Origin: Microbacteriaceae bacterium
GTDB taxonomy: Bacteria > Actinomycetota > Actinomycetes > Actinomycetales > Microbacteriaceae
Length of the DNA: 40,103 nucleotides
Assembly: GCA_017744755.1 (NCBI GenBank)
Contig: JAGIAU010000001.1
Coordinates: forward strand, 1-40,103
Direction of reading: 5' to 3'
Positions 15,612-23,932 of this stretch are shown piece by piece. Position 1 is the first letter of the stretch. Every line of letters starts with the position of its first letter. A program made the translations under genes and the position numbers. A model generated the notes under the pieces. That model ran no database searches. It saw nothing but the letters and a program-made list of their open reading frames with translations, and was not told where the DNA came from.

Positions 15612-16897
15612 GGACCTCCCTCCGTCTGCGCATCACCCTCGCGGTCCTCGCGCTCTTCGCCGTCGTCGTCGCCGCGCTCGCGGTCGGCACGGGCTTCGCC
15701 CTGCGCGGCTACCTCGTCGGCCGCCTCGACGCCGATCTCGTCGCCGCGAAGGACCGTGCGCTCGCCGCGCTGTCGACACCGCTCCCGCCGGGACCAGGCG
15801 ACGCGGTCGGGCTGCCGGGCCAGAGCCCCGGGACGCTCGCCGCGTTCATCCGGGAGAACGCGCTCGTCGTCGCCGGCGTCCTCGACCGCTACGGCAGGAC
15901 GCTCCCCCTCGACGACGCGCAGCGCGGCTCGCTCGCCGACGCGGTCGACGGCAGGACGGTCGGGACGACGTTCGGCGCCGAGGTCGCGAGCCTCGGCGCG
16001 TACCGGTTCACGAGCGTCGAGCTCCGCGAGGGCGCCGTCCTCGTGATGGGCCTGCCGATGGGGGACGTCGACGCCGTCGTCGGCCAGTACTGGTGGCTCG
16101 CGGCGGCGGTCGCCGCGGGCGTGCTCGTCGTCGCCGGTGCCGGCGCCTGGCTGCTCGGGGCGGCGCTGCAGCGCACGCTCGCCCGGCTCTCCTCGGCGCT
16201 CGCGGCGCGCGAGGCGAGCGAGGGGCGGCTGCGGCGGTTCATCGCCGACGCGAGCCACGAGCTGCGCACGCCGCTGGCCTCCATCCGCGGCTACGCGGAG
16301 CTGACGCGGCGCTCGGGCGCTCGCCTGCGCGAGGACGTGCGCCATTCGCTCGACCGGATCGAGTCCGAGTCCGTGCGGATGACGGGGCTCGTCGAGGATC
16401 TGCTGCTGCTCGCGCGCGCCGACGAGGCGCGGTCCCTCGCGCAGCAGCCCGTCGAGCTCGGGCAGCTCGTCGCGACGGCCGTCGCCGACGCGCAGGTCGC
16501 GGCGCCGGGGCACACCTGGTCGGTCGAGGCGCCGGCCCCCGTCATCGTGGCGGGGGACGAGCCGCGGCTGCACCAGGCCGTCGCGAACCTGCTGCGGAAC
16601 GCGGCCGTGCACACCCCGGATGGGACGAACGTCGTCGCGCGGGTCCGCGTCGAGGGCGGCGACGCGGTCGTCGAGGTCGAGGACGACGGTCCAGGGATCC
16701 AGCCGGAGCTCGTCGGCCAGGTGTTCGGCCGCTTCGTCCGCGGCGACGCGTCCCGGTCGAGGGCGACGGGCTCGACGGGCCTCGGGCTCGCGATCGTCGA
16801 GGCGGTCGCCCAGGCGCACGGCGGCTCGGCCGATGTCGAGTCCGCGGCGGGGCGCACGCGGTTCCGCATCGTCCTGCCTGCGCAGGCGAGTCCGTAG
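15608..16897 (+). CDS. Sensor histidine kinase
   Basis: GTG 15608 overlaps the regulator stop (GTGA). Two TM spans, H-box ASHELRTPLASIRGY, N-box LLRNAAVHTP, G-boxes DDGPGI and GSTGLGLAIV. Confidence 0.85.
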   Translation: MRTSLRLRITLAVLALFAVVVAALAVGTGFALRGYLVGRLDADLVAAKDRALAALSTPLPPGPGDAVGLPGQSPGTLAAFIRENALVVAGVLDRYGRTLPLDDAQRGSLADAVDGRTVGTTFGAEVASLGAYRFTSVELREGAVLVMGLPMGDVDAVVGQYWWLAAAVAAGVLVVAGAGAWLLGAALQRTLARLSSALAAREASEGRLRRFIADASHELRTPLASIRGYAELTRRSGARLREDVRHSLDRIESESVRMTGLVEDLLLLARADEARSLAQQPVELGQLVATAVADAQVAAPGHTWSVEAPAPVIVAGDEPRLHQAVANLLRNAAVHTPDGTNVVARVRVEGGDAVVEVEDDGPGIQPELVGQVFGRFVRGDASRSRATGSTGLGLAIVEAVAQAHGGSADVESAAGRTRFRIVLPAQASP

Positions 16898-16966
16898 AGG
16901 AATTCCCAGGCGGGCGCTCACCAATTCGAATTCCAATTACGTCCGCATATGCGATATGAATTGCGT

Positions 16967-17320
16967 ATGGCGATCAAGACGGTGCTCATCGACGATTTCG
17001 ACGGCAGTCCCCTCGCAGGCGGCTCGACGACGACGTTCTCCCTGAACGGAGCGGCGTACGAGATCGACCTGTCCGCCGAGAACGCGGAGAAGCTGAAGGA
17101 GGCGCTCGCGCCCTTCATCCGCGCCGGTCGCCGGGTCGCCGCCGGGTCCGCGCCGCGCGCCGCGTCGACGCGCCCGGCCGCGCGCCGCAGCACGCGCTCC
17201 AACGGCTCCAACGACCTCACCGCGATCCGCGAGTGGGCGAAGGCGAACGGCCACGTGGTCGGCGAGCGCGGCCGCATCCCTGCTCCGGTGCGCGAGGCGT
17301 ACGAGGCCGCGTCGGCCTAG
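16967..17320 (+). CDS. lsr2: Lsr2-family nucleoid-associated protein
   Basis: MAIKTVLIDDFDGS...YEIDLSAENAEKLKEALAPFI...IREWAKANGHVVGERGRIPAPVREAYEAA matches Lsr2 from end to end. ATG 16949 is an in-frame alternative start. Confidence 0.85.
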   Translation: MAIKTVLIDDFDGSPLAGGSTTTFSLNGAAYEIDLSAENAEKLKEALAPFIRAGRRVAAGSAPRAASTRPAARRSTRSNGSNDLTAIREWAKANGHVVGERGRIPAPVREAYEAASA

Positions 17321-17330
17321 TCCCCGCGTC

Positions 17331-17339
17331 TGGTAGACT
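17331..17339 (+). promoter_or_regulatory. Extended -10-like element TGgTAGACT (candidate rplJL promoter)
   Basis: TAGACT at 17334-17339 is preceded by TGg. It lies about 175 nt upstream of rplJ. Confidence 0.45.
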
Positions 17340-17344
17340 CGACG

Positions 17345-17513
17345 ACTGCCGAAGACCGCAGGTCCGTCGCAAGACGGTGAAGGTCCGCGAAAGCGGCGCC
17401 CGCGCAGGTGATGCGAAGTGCAGACTTTTTCTGGCTCCGTGCGCCCGCGCACGGAGCCTTTTTCATGGGTCGCGGGAATTCGGCGCCGAATCCACGACAA
17501 CCACAGGAGCACC
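17345..17513 (+). promoter_or_regulatory. Structured rplJ 5' leader (L10-leader-like, family membership untested)
   Basis: GNRA-capped hairpins ccgtc-gcaa-gacgg (17364-17377) and ccgc-gaaa-gcgg (17385-17396). These are followed by an intrinsic-terminator-like hairpin and then the rplJ Shine-Dalgarno. Confidence 0.5.
17433..17463 (+). terminator. Intrinsic terminator/attenuator hairpin inside the rplJ leader
   Basis: Perfect 11-bp stem ggctccgtgcg / cgcacggagcc, loop cccg, followed by TTTTT. Confidence 0.6.
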
Positions 17514-18029
17514 ATGGCTGACAAGCAGGCCGCGGTCGCCGAGCTGACGGAACTGTTCCGGAGCTCGACCGCCGTGCTGCTCACCGAGTACCGCGGGCTC
17601 ACCGTCGCTCAGCTCAAGCAGCTGCGCAATGACATCCGTGAGCACGCGGAGTACGCCGTGGTGAAGAACACGCTGACGAAGATCGCCGCGAACGCGGCGG
17701 GCGTCTCCGTCCTCGACGACCAGCTCGCTGGTCCGTCGGCGCTCGCGTTCGTGCATGGCGACCCCGTCGCCGTCGCGAAGAAGCTGCGTGACTTCGCCAA
17801 GGCCAACCCCCTCCTCGTCGTGAAGGGCGGCTACTTCGATGGCGCCGCCCTGAGCGCCGCGGAGGTCGAGAAGCTCGCGAACCTCGAGAGCCGGGAGGTG
17901 CTGCTCGCGAAGTTCGCGGGTGCCGCCAAGGCTTCGCTGTTCGGGGCTGCCTACCTCTTCAACGCCCCGCTCTCGAAGGCCGTTCGCACGGTCGACGCGC
18001 TGCGGGACAAGCAGGAGACCGCCGCGTAA
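17514..18029 (+). CDS. rplJ: 50S ribosomal protein L10
   Basis: [38 protein letters not shown] is a typical L10 N-terminus. AGGAG Shine-Dalgarno. Confidence 0.95.
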   Translation: MADKQAAVAELTELFRSSTAVLLTEYRGLTVAQLKQLRNDIREHAEYAVVKNTLTKIAANAAGVSVLDDQLAGPSALAFVHGDPVAVAKKLRDFAKANPLLVVKGGYFDGAALSAAEVEKLANLESREVLLAKFAGAAKASLFGAAYLFNAPLSKAVRTVDALRDKQETAA

Positions 18030-18089
18030 TCGCGGACGTTCCCGAAGAATTTTCCAAACCACACAAACCGATCCATTCAGGAGTAACAA

Positions 18090-18479
18090 ATGGCGAAGCT
18101 GACGAGCGACGAGCTCATCGAGGCGTTCAAGGAGCTCACCCTCATCGAGCTCTCCGAGTTCGTGAAGAAGTTCGAGGAGGTCTTCGAGGTCACCGCTGCG
18201 GCTCCGGTCGCGGTCGCGGCGGCCCCGGCGGCCGGCGGCGCGGCCGCGGCCGAGGAGGTCGAGGAGAAGGACTCGTTCGACGTCGTCCTCGTCTCGGCCG
18301 GTGACAAGAAGATCCAGGTCATCAAGGAGGTCCGTGCGCTCACGAACCTCGGCCTCTCGGAGGCCAAGGCCCTCACCGAGACCGCGGACGCCAAGGTCCT
18401 CGAGGGCGTCAACAAGGAGGCCGCCGAGAAGGCGAAGGCTCAGCTCGAGGAGGCCGGCGCGACCGTCAAGCTTGCTTGA
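18090..18479 (+). CDS. rplL: 50S ribosomal protein L7/L12
   Basis: [30 protein letters not shown]..., an Ala-rich hinge, and [20 protein letters not shown]. Confidence 0.95.
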   Translation: MAKLTSDELIEAFKELTLIELSEFVKKFEEVFEVTAAAPVAVAAAPAAGGAAAAEEVEEKDSFDVVLVSAGDKKIQVIKEVRALTNLGLSEAKALTETADAKVLEGVNKEAAEKAKAQLEEAGATVKLA

Positions 18480-18501
18480 TCGTTTCGCCCATCTCGGGTA
18501 A

Positions 18502-18537
18502 AAGAGGGCGTCGCTCCCAAGGGGGCGGCGCCCTCTT
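18502..18537 (+). terminator. Candidate rplL terminator hairpin
   Basis: aagagggcg / cgccctctt outer stem extended by cgctcc / ggggcg with a caag loop. About 15 bp in total, with a weak T-tract. Confidence 0.5.
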
Positions 18538-18540
18538 GCA

Positions 18541-18546
18541 TACAGT
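18541..18546 (+). promoter_or_regulatory. -10-like hexamer TACAGT, 9 nt upstream of ATG 18556
   Basis: Matches TAnnnT immediately after the rplL hairpin. Confidence 0.35.
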
Positions 18547-18555
18547 GGCTCCATC

Positions 18556-21500
18556 ATGTGGGGTCTTGAGAACACGGCGACGGCGGAGAAGCTGCCGGTC
18601 ATCAACCCCGGAGACGGTCCAGACGGCAGCCCCGGGGGCCTGTCCGCGCCCGCACTCGGCGAGGCCGGCCTGCAGCTCCTCGACGTCGCGGAGCCGGTCC
18701 GCGCCCGCTGGCGCGACGAGCTCGCCCACCTCGGCGGCCCGAGCCCGCTCCTCCACTTCGAGGACACGCCGCGCACCCGCATCGAGCTGACGTCGACGCA
18801 TCCCGGCGGTCTCGCACGATTCATCGCCGGCAAGCGCACCCGCCTGTCGTCGCTCATCCGCGAGAACTTCGCCTGGCGCACCGCCCAGCTCGCCGCCGAC
18901 TCGATCCTCGCGAAGGCGACGGAGCTCGCCGCGGCCCGTGGCCTCGACGCGCTCCGCCTGGGGGTCGTCGTCGCGAACTGGGAGCACACCTGGGACCTGA
19001 ACGGCGAGCCCTTCACCGAGCGCTTCAGCGCCCCCGTGCTGCTGCGTCCCGTCACGATGCGCCGGGTCGGCGACGACTTCGAGCTCGCGCTGCGGGGGCG
19101 GAACGAGCTGAATCCGGCGTTCGCGGCCGCGCTCCACGCCCAGTTCGGCATCCGCCTCGACCACGCCGCGTTCCCCGCGCTCGCGCAGGCGGAGGGCGGC
19201 GGCTTCACGCCGAACGTCGTCATCGACCGGCTCCGCGGCCTCACCGCGCACCTGCCGGGCTTCCAGGTCGCGCCGCGGCTCGTGCTCACGTCCTTCGCGG
19301 AGGTCGCGGGGGCGATGGTCGCGGACGCGAGGACGCTCGCCCACCCCGTGCTCGACGCCATCGCGGGCAACGAGGCCGCGGTGCAGACGGTGCGCGAGTC
19401 GTTCCGGCTCGTCGAGCCGGTTCCGTCGGACGCGCGTTCCCCCCAGACGGACTCCCTCCTGCTCGACGCGGACGACGAGCAGGAGCGCGTGCTCGCGCAG
19501 ATCGCCGCGGGCAACTCGCTCGTCGTGCGCACGCTGCCGGGCTCCGGGGCCACGCAGACCATCGTCAACGCGATCGGCGCGCTCGCCGCCGACGGCAAGC
19601 GCGTCCTCGTCGTCGGCGCCCGCCGCGCCTCGCTGCGGGCGATCCGCGAACGGCTCGAGAGCATCGGCCTGCCCGGCCTCGTCGCGTCGCCGCGCACCGC
19701 CCGTCGCGACGCCGTGCAGGCGATCACGAGGGCGGAACGCGCGAAGCAGGGCGAGCAGGCGGAGATCGACGACGCCCTGGTGCGGCTGCGCTCCGTCATC
19801 CGCGACTACCGCGAGGCTCTCACCCGGCCGGATCCGATCCTCGGCGTCACGGTCCTCGACTGCATCTCCGAGCTGTCCCGCCTCGCCGGCGCGGCCCCCC
19901 GCGCCCGCACGACCGCCCGCCTCGGCCGTGCCGCGGTCGAGGCGCTCGCGAGCCCGGCGGAGCGCGACCGCTTCACGCAGGTCATGGTCGCGGCGGAGCG
20001 CTACGGCGAGTTCCAGCAGGCGCCGGGGGAGTCGGCCTGGTTCGGCGCGCAGTTCGTCTCGGCGGACGCGGCGACCCGCGCGCACGGCCTCGCGCAGCGG
20101 CTGCACGCGCACGCGCTGCCCGAGCTGGTGGATCGCGGCGAGCGGCTCATCGCGGGAACGCACATGCGCCCGTTCCAGTCCGTCGTCGAGCTGGGCACCT
20201 ACTGCCGCCTGCTGCTCGACCTGCGCGAGACGCTCGACCGCTTCCAGCCCGCCGTCTTCGACCGCGCCATCACGGAGCTCATCGCCGCGACGGCGCCGCG
20301 CCGCGACCACCCGGAGATGACGAACGCGGACCGGCGGCGGCTCAAGAAGCTCGCCGAGGAGTACCTGCGCCCCGGCGTGCACGTGCCGGACCTGCACGAG
20401 GCGCTCGTCAAGGTGCAGCGCCAGCGCGTGCTGTGGCACCGCTACGTCGCCGAGGGCGCCGTGCCGCGCGTGCCGGTCGGCATCGCCGAGGTGCTGGTCG
20501 CGCTGCAGGCGGTCGAGCTCGACCTCGCGGAGCTCGACGGCGCGCTCGGCCGCTCGGGTGACGAGCGGCTCGCCGCCATGCCGATCGCGGAGCTCCGCCG
20601 CCTGCTCGCCGGCCTCGCCGGCGAGGCCGGGGCCCTCTCGAACCTGCAGGAGCGCTCCGCCCTGATGGGCGCGCTGCACGCCGTGGGGCTCGACCCGCTC
20701 GTCCAGGACCTCGCCGGCCGCCGCGTCCCGGCGGAGGCGATGCGCGACGAGACGGAGCTGGCCTGGTGGAAGTCGGCGCTCGCCGGACTCCTGGAGGGCG
20801 ACCGCGCGCTCCTCGGTGCGAACACCTCCGTGCTCGACCGGCTCGAGGCGGACTTCCGCCTGGTCGACGAGGCGCACGCCCGCGGCAATGCGGGCGCGCT
20901 CGCCTGGCATCTCGCCGAGCAGTGGAAGCTCGGCCTCGTCGACTGGCCGGAGGAGGCCGCGAGGCTCAAGGCGGTCCTGCGTCGCGAGCACGCGACCTCG
21001 CACGAGCTGCACACCGCGGCCCCGCACCTCGACCGGGCGCTCACGCCGGTCTGGATCGCCTCGCCGTACGAGATGCCGCAGATCTCGCCCGTCATGCCGT
21101 TCGACGCGGTGCTGCTCGTCGACGCGGGCACGATGACGATCGCCGAGGCCGCGCTCGCGGTGCGCCGCGGGCGGCAGGTCGTCGCGTTCGGCGACCCGGT
21201 GACGCAGACGCCGAGCGCCTTCGAGACGATGGTGCGCGAGCGCCGCGCGGGCGAGGCCGTCGCGGAGGCCGCGGACCTGCACGAGGAGTCGGCGCTGGCC
21301 GTGCTGTCGGGGCTGCTCCGCGTGTTCACGCTCACGCGCAGCTATCGCGCCGGCGGGGAGGATCTCGTCGAGCTCGTCAACCGCCGCTTCTACTCCGGTC
21401 GCATCCAGGCCCAGCCGTGGGCCGGCACCTACCGCGGCGTGCAGACGCTCGCCGTCGAGCGGATCGCCGACGCGCGCGGCGCGCTCGACCAGGCCTCCGG

Positions 21501-22851
21501 CGCGGTCGAGTCGCCGGATGCCGAGGTCGCGCGGGTCGTCGAGCTCGTCCTCGACCACGCGAGAACGCACTTCGCGGAGTCCCTCATGGTCGTCACGCCG
21601 AGCCGTCGGCACGCGGCGCGCGTCCTGTCGGCGGTGCTCGAGGCGTTCGGCGAGCACCGGGAGCTCGTGCCGTGGCTCACGGAGGACCGGGACGAGCCCT
21701 TCGAGGTGCTCGCGCTCGACCAGGCCGTCGCGGCCAGCCGCGACCGCGTGATCTTCTCCCTCGGCCACGGCCGCACCGCCCACGGCCGCGTGCTCACCGA
21801 CTTCGGTCCGCTGAGCGCCCCCGGCGGCGATCGCTGCCTCGCGTCGGCGCTCACGAGCGCGCGTCGCGCGCTCACGATCGTCACGGCGATCGGCCCGGAG
21901 GATCTCGCGGACCGTCCGCTCGGGCCGGGCACCCAGGCGTTCGCCGCGGTGCTCGAGGACGCGGAGGCGCATCGCGTCGTGGACGACCGCGACGGCGACG
22001 GCGACCCGATGGTCGTCGACCTCGCCGCCCGCCTGCGCGCCCGCGGCCTCGTCACCCGGCTCGGCTACCGCGGCGCGCTGCCGCTCGTCGTGTCCTACGG
22101 CACGCGCTGCGCCGTGGTCGAGTCCGACGCCGACCTGCTCGCCGGCTCGCTGCGCGAGTCGCTGCGGCTGCGGCCGGAGCTGCTCAAGCGCTTCGGCTGG
22201 GCCTATGTCCGCGTGCACGCCTTCGAGCTGTTCCAGGACCCCGACCTCGTCGCGGACCGCATCACGGAGCTGCTGGGGGCGGAGGTTCCGGCGATTCGCC
22301 CGGTCGTCTCGAGCCCCGTCGCCGCGCCGGCGCCGGGGCTGGAGGACACCGACCCCGAGCTCACCGTCCGGGTGGACCGCTCCGCCGGGCGGGCGGGCGA
22401 CGCCGATGCCCCCGTCGAGGCGCTCGTGAGCGAGCGCATCGAGGCGAGCCCGGGGCCCCGCCGGAGCCTCGCGCCGCAGCTCGTCGACGTCCCGACCACC
22501 GCGGAGGCCGCGGCCGCAGCCCCGGCGGGGGCGGCTCCGGTCCCGTTCATGCCCGCACCGACCGGCCGGCCGCTGTTCCTCGACGGCACCGCCGTCGGGC
22601 CGGACGCCGACACCGGCGTCCTCACCGAGGCCGTCGTCGCCGGCGGCATCCGCCCGCCGGCCGAGCCCCAGCCGATCCCCGCGACCGACCACAGCGCGGG
22701 CGGCGCGGACTTCGACCAGGTCGCTTCGGCGGCGATCACCGAGCCGCTGCCGGTCGTCGACGCGCAGCCGCTCGAGGACACCGAGTCCGGCTTCGAGCCC
22801 GGCCACCGGCCGAGCGGATGGTCGTTGCGCGGCGACGCCGACGAGGCGTGA
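18556..22851 (+). CDS. Large DUF4011 / Upf1-like SF1 helicase homologue with degenerate ATPase motifs, an endonuclease-like domain and a disordered Pro/Ala-rich tail
   Basis: 1431-aa ORF with high GC3. Collinear with the DUF4011-AAA_11-AAA_12-(DUF559-like) architecture. The P-loop reads PGSGATQT (19537-19560) and the motif II position reads VDAGTM (21121-21135). Confidence 0.8.
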   Translation: MWGLENTATAEKLPVINPGDGPDGSPGGLSAPALGEAGLQLLDVAEPVRARWRDELAHLGGPSPLLHFEDTPRTRIELTSTHPGGLARFIAGKRTRLSSLIRENFAWRTAQLAADSILAKATELAAARGLDALRLGVVVANWEHTWDLNGEPFTERFSAPVLLRPVTMRRVGDDFELALRGRNELNPAFAAALHAQFGIRLDHAAFPALAQAEGGGFTPNVVIDRLRGLTAHLPGFQVAPRLVLTSFAEVAGAMVADARTLAHPVLDAIAGNEAAVQTVRESFRLVEPVPSDARSPQTDSLLLDADDEQERVLAQIAAGNSLVVRTLPGSGATQTIVNAIGALAADGKRVLVVGARRASLRAIRERLESIGLPGLVASPRTARRDAVQAITRAERAKQGEQAEIDDALVRLRSVIRDYREALTRPDPILGVTVLDCISELSRLAGAAPRARTTARLGRAAVEALASPAERDRFTQVMVAAERYGEFQQAPGESAWFGAQFVSADAATRAHGLAQRLHAHALPELVDRGERLIAGTHMRPFQSVVELGTYCRLLLDLRETLDRFQPAVFDRAITELIAATAPRRDHPEMTNADRRRLKKLAEEYLRPGVHVPDLHEALVKVQRQRVLWHRYVAEGAVPRVPVGIAEVLVALQAVELDLAELDGALGRSGDERLAAMPIAELRRLLAGLAGEAGALSNLQERSALMGALHAVGLDPLVQDLAGRRVPAEAMRDETELAWWKSALAGLLEGDRALLGANTSVLDRLEADFRLVDEAHARGNAGALAWHLAEQWKLGLVDWPEEAARLKAVLRREHATSHELHTAAPHLDRALTPVWIASPYEMPQISPVMPFDAVLLVDAGTMTIAEAALAVRRGRQVVAFGDPVTQTPSAFETMVRERRAGEAVAEAADLHEESALAVLSGLLRVFTLTRSYRAGGEDLVELVNRRFYSGRIQAQPWAGTYRGVQTLAVERIADARGALDQASGAVESPDAEVARVVELVLDHARTHFAESLMVVTPSRRHAARVLSAVLEAFGEHRELVPWLTEDRDEPFEVLALDQAVAASRDRVIFSLGHGRTAHGRVLTDFGPLSAPGGDRCLASALTSARRALTIVTAIGPEDLADRPLGPGTQAFAAVLEDAEAHRVVDDRDGDGDPMVVDLAARLRARGLVTRLGYRGALPLVVSYGTRCAVVESDADLLAGSLRESLRLRPELLKRFGWAYVRVHAFELFQDPDLVADRITELLGAEVPAIRPVVSSPVAAPAPGLEDTDPELTVRVDRSAGRAGDADAPVEALVSERIEASPGPRRSLAPQLVDVPTTAEAAAAAPAGAAPVPFMPAPTGRPLFLDGTAVGPDADTGVLTEAVVAGGIRPPAEPQPIPATDHSAGGADFDQVASAAITEPLPVVDAQPLEDTESGFEPGHRPSGWSLRGDADEA

Positions 22852-23126
22852 GCGAGCGCTCCGAGCCCGAGGCGCCGGACGCGGCGCGGGAGCCGGACGC
22901 GGGGGCGGAGCGTTCTCCCGACGCCCTCGGTCGATCGGAATCCGCGGTCTCGGAGCCCGCGCGCCCCGGATCGCCCTCGATCACCGGAGCGCGCCCGCGG
23001 ACCCGCCGCCGCGTCACGACCGCGCCACCGCCCGGCTCCGACCCGGCTCCGGCTCCGGAGCCCCCGCGCCACGGCTCGACGGAGAACGATGCGCGGATGC
23101 GCGCCGAGAAGCCGCCGCACTACTGA
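22848..23126 (+). CDS. Hypothetical small protein (92 aa, low complexity, C-terminus ...ENDARMRAEKPPHY)
   Basis: GTG overlaps the upstream stop (GTGA). Mostly G/C-ending codons. Followed by a strong hairpin. No family recognised. Confidence 0.35.
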   Translation: MSERSEPEAPDAAREPDAGAERSPDALGRSESAVSEPARPGSPSITGARPRTRRRVTTAPPPGSDPAPAPEPPRHGSTENDARMRAEKPPHY

Positions 23127-23133
23127 GCCGGGT

Positions 23134-23178
23134 GACGGGAAGCGCGGTCACGCGTCTGCGCTGACCGCGCTTCCCGTC
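23134..23178. terminator. Bidirectional hairpin between convergent genes
   Basis: Perfect 17-bp stem gacgggaagcgcggtca / tgaccgcgcttcccgtc with an 11-nt loop. Confidence 0.7.
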
Positions 23179-23211
23179 GGCGCGGCCGCAGCCGCAGCCA
23201 GGGCGCTCGCG

Positions 23212-23613
23212 CTACCGCTTCGCGAGCAGGTCGCGGATCTCGGCGAGGAGCTCGGTCTCGGTCGGGGCGGGGGCCTCCTCGACGACCGGGTTCTTCCGCG
23301 CCTGGCGCTCGCGCCACTTGTTCATCGGGAGGACGAAGCAGAGGTAGACGACGAACGCGATCGCGAGGAAGTTGATGAGCGCGCCGATGACGGCGCCGAA
23401 GGACAGCGACGCGGTGCCGCCCGCGACCGTCGGGATCTCCACGACGAGCGCCTGCGAGAGGTCGGCGCCGCCGAGGAGGGCGCTGATGAGGGGGTTGATG
23501 AGGGCGTCGACGACGGCGGTGACGACGGCGCCGAAGGCCGCGCCGATGACGACCGCGACGGCGAGGTCGATGACATTGCCTCGGGCGATGAAGTCCCGGA
23601 AGCCCTTGATCAT
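23212..23613 (-). CDS. mscL: Large-conductance mechanosensitive channel
   Basis: MIKGFRDFIARGNVIDLAVAVVIGAAFGAVV...INFLAIAFVVY is the MscL signature. Confidence 0.9.
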   Translation of the reverse strand: MIKGFRDFIARGNVIDLAVAVVIGAAFGAVVTAVVDALINPLISALLGGADLSQALVVEIPTVAGGTASLSFGAVIGALINFLAIAFVVYLCFVLPMNKWRERQARKNPVVEEAPAPTETELLAEIRDLLAKR

Positions 23614-23624
23614 GGGGGTGCCTT

Positions 23625-23897
23625 TCAGTCGGATGCGCTCGATGCGGGTGCGGGCGAGCTTGCGGAAGAGACGCCGCTCGTCCCCGATGATGACGCGGAT
23701 CCGTCGGAAGAGCCAGACCCGGCCCGCGAGTCGGTGCGGTAGAACCCCGAGCCGTTGAAGGTCACGCCGACCGCGCTGTAGAGCTTCCGGAGCTTCCCGC
23801 CGCATGACGGGCAGGCCGTCAGCGAGTCGTCGGTGAACGCCTGCACGATGTCGAAGGCGTTGCCGCACTCCGTGCAGCGATAGGAGTAGGTGGGCAT
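23625..23897 (-). CDS. FmdB-family zinc-ribbon protein
   Basis: MPTYSYRCTECGNAFDIVQAFTDDSLTACPSCGGKLRKLY (CxxC...CxxC) with a Ser/Gly-rich tail. AAGGAG Shine-Dalgarno. Confidence 0.85.
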   Translation of the reverse strand: MPTYSYRCTECGNAFDIVQAFTDDSLTACPSCGGKLRKLYSAVGVTFNGSGFYRTDSRAGSGSSDGSASSSGTSGVSSASSPAPASSASD

Positions 23898-23932
23898 GTC
23901 GGTCGCTCCTTGCGATCTCTCGGAGACCGGGC

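Noticed and set aside
18466-22806. 1446-aa ORF on the minus strand
   Set aside because: It is antisense to the helicase-like gene. Its translation is Arg/Gly/Asp/Leu-rich low-complexity sequence with no family features. Long stop-free antisense frames are expected in DNA this GC-rich.
22850-22875. tgagcgagcgctccgagcccgagg as a fifth copy of the ~33-nt repeat
   Set aside because: Only the first 10 nt (tgagcgagcg) match, and the rest agrees at about 7 of 13 positions. That is too weak to call without a genome-wide model.
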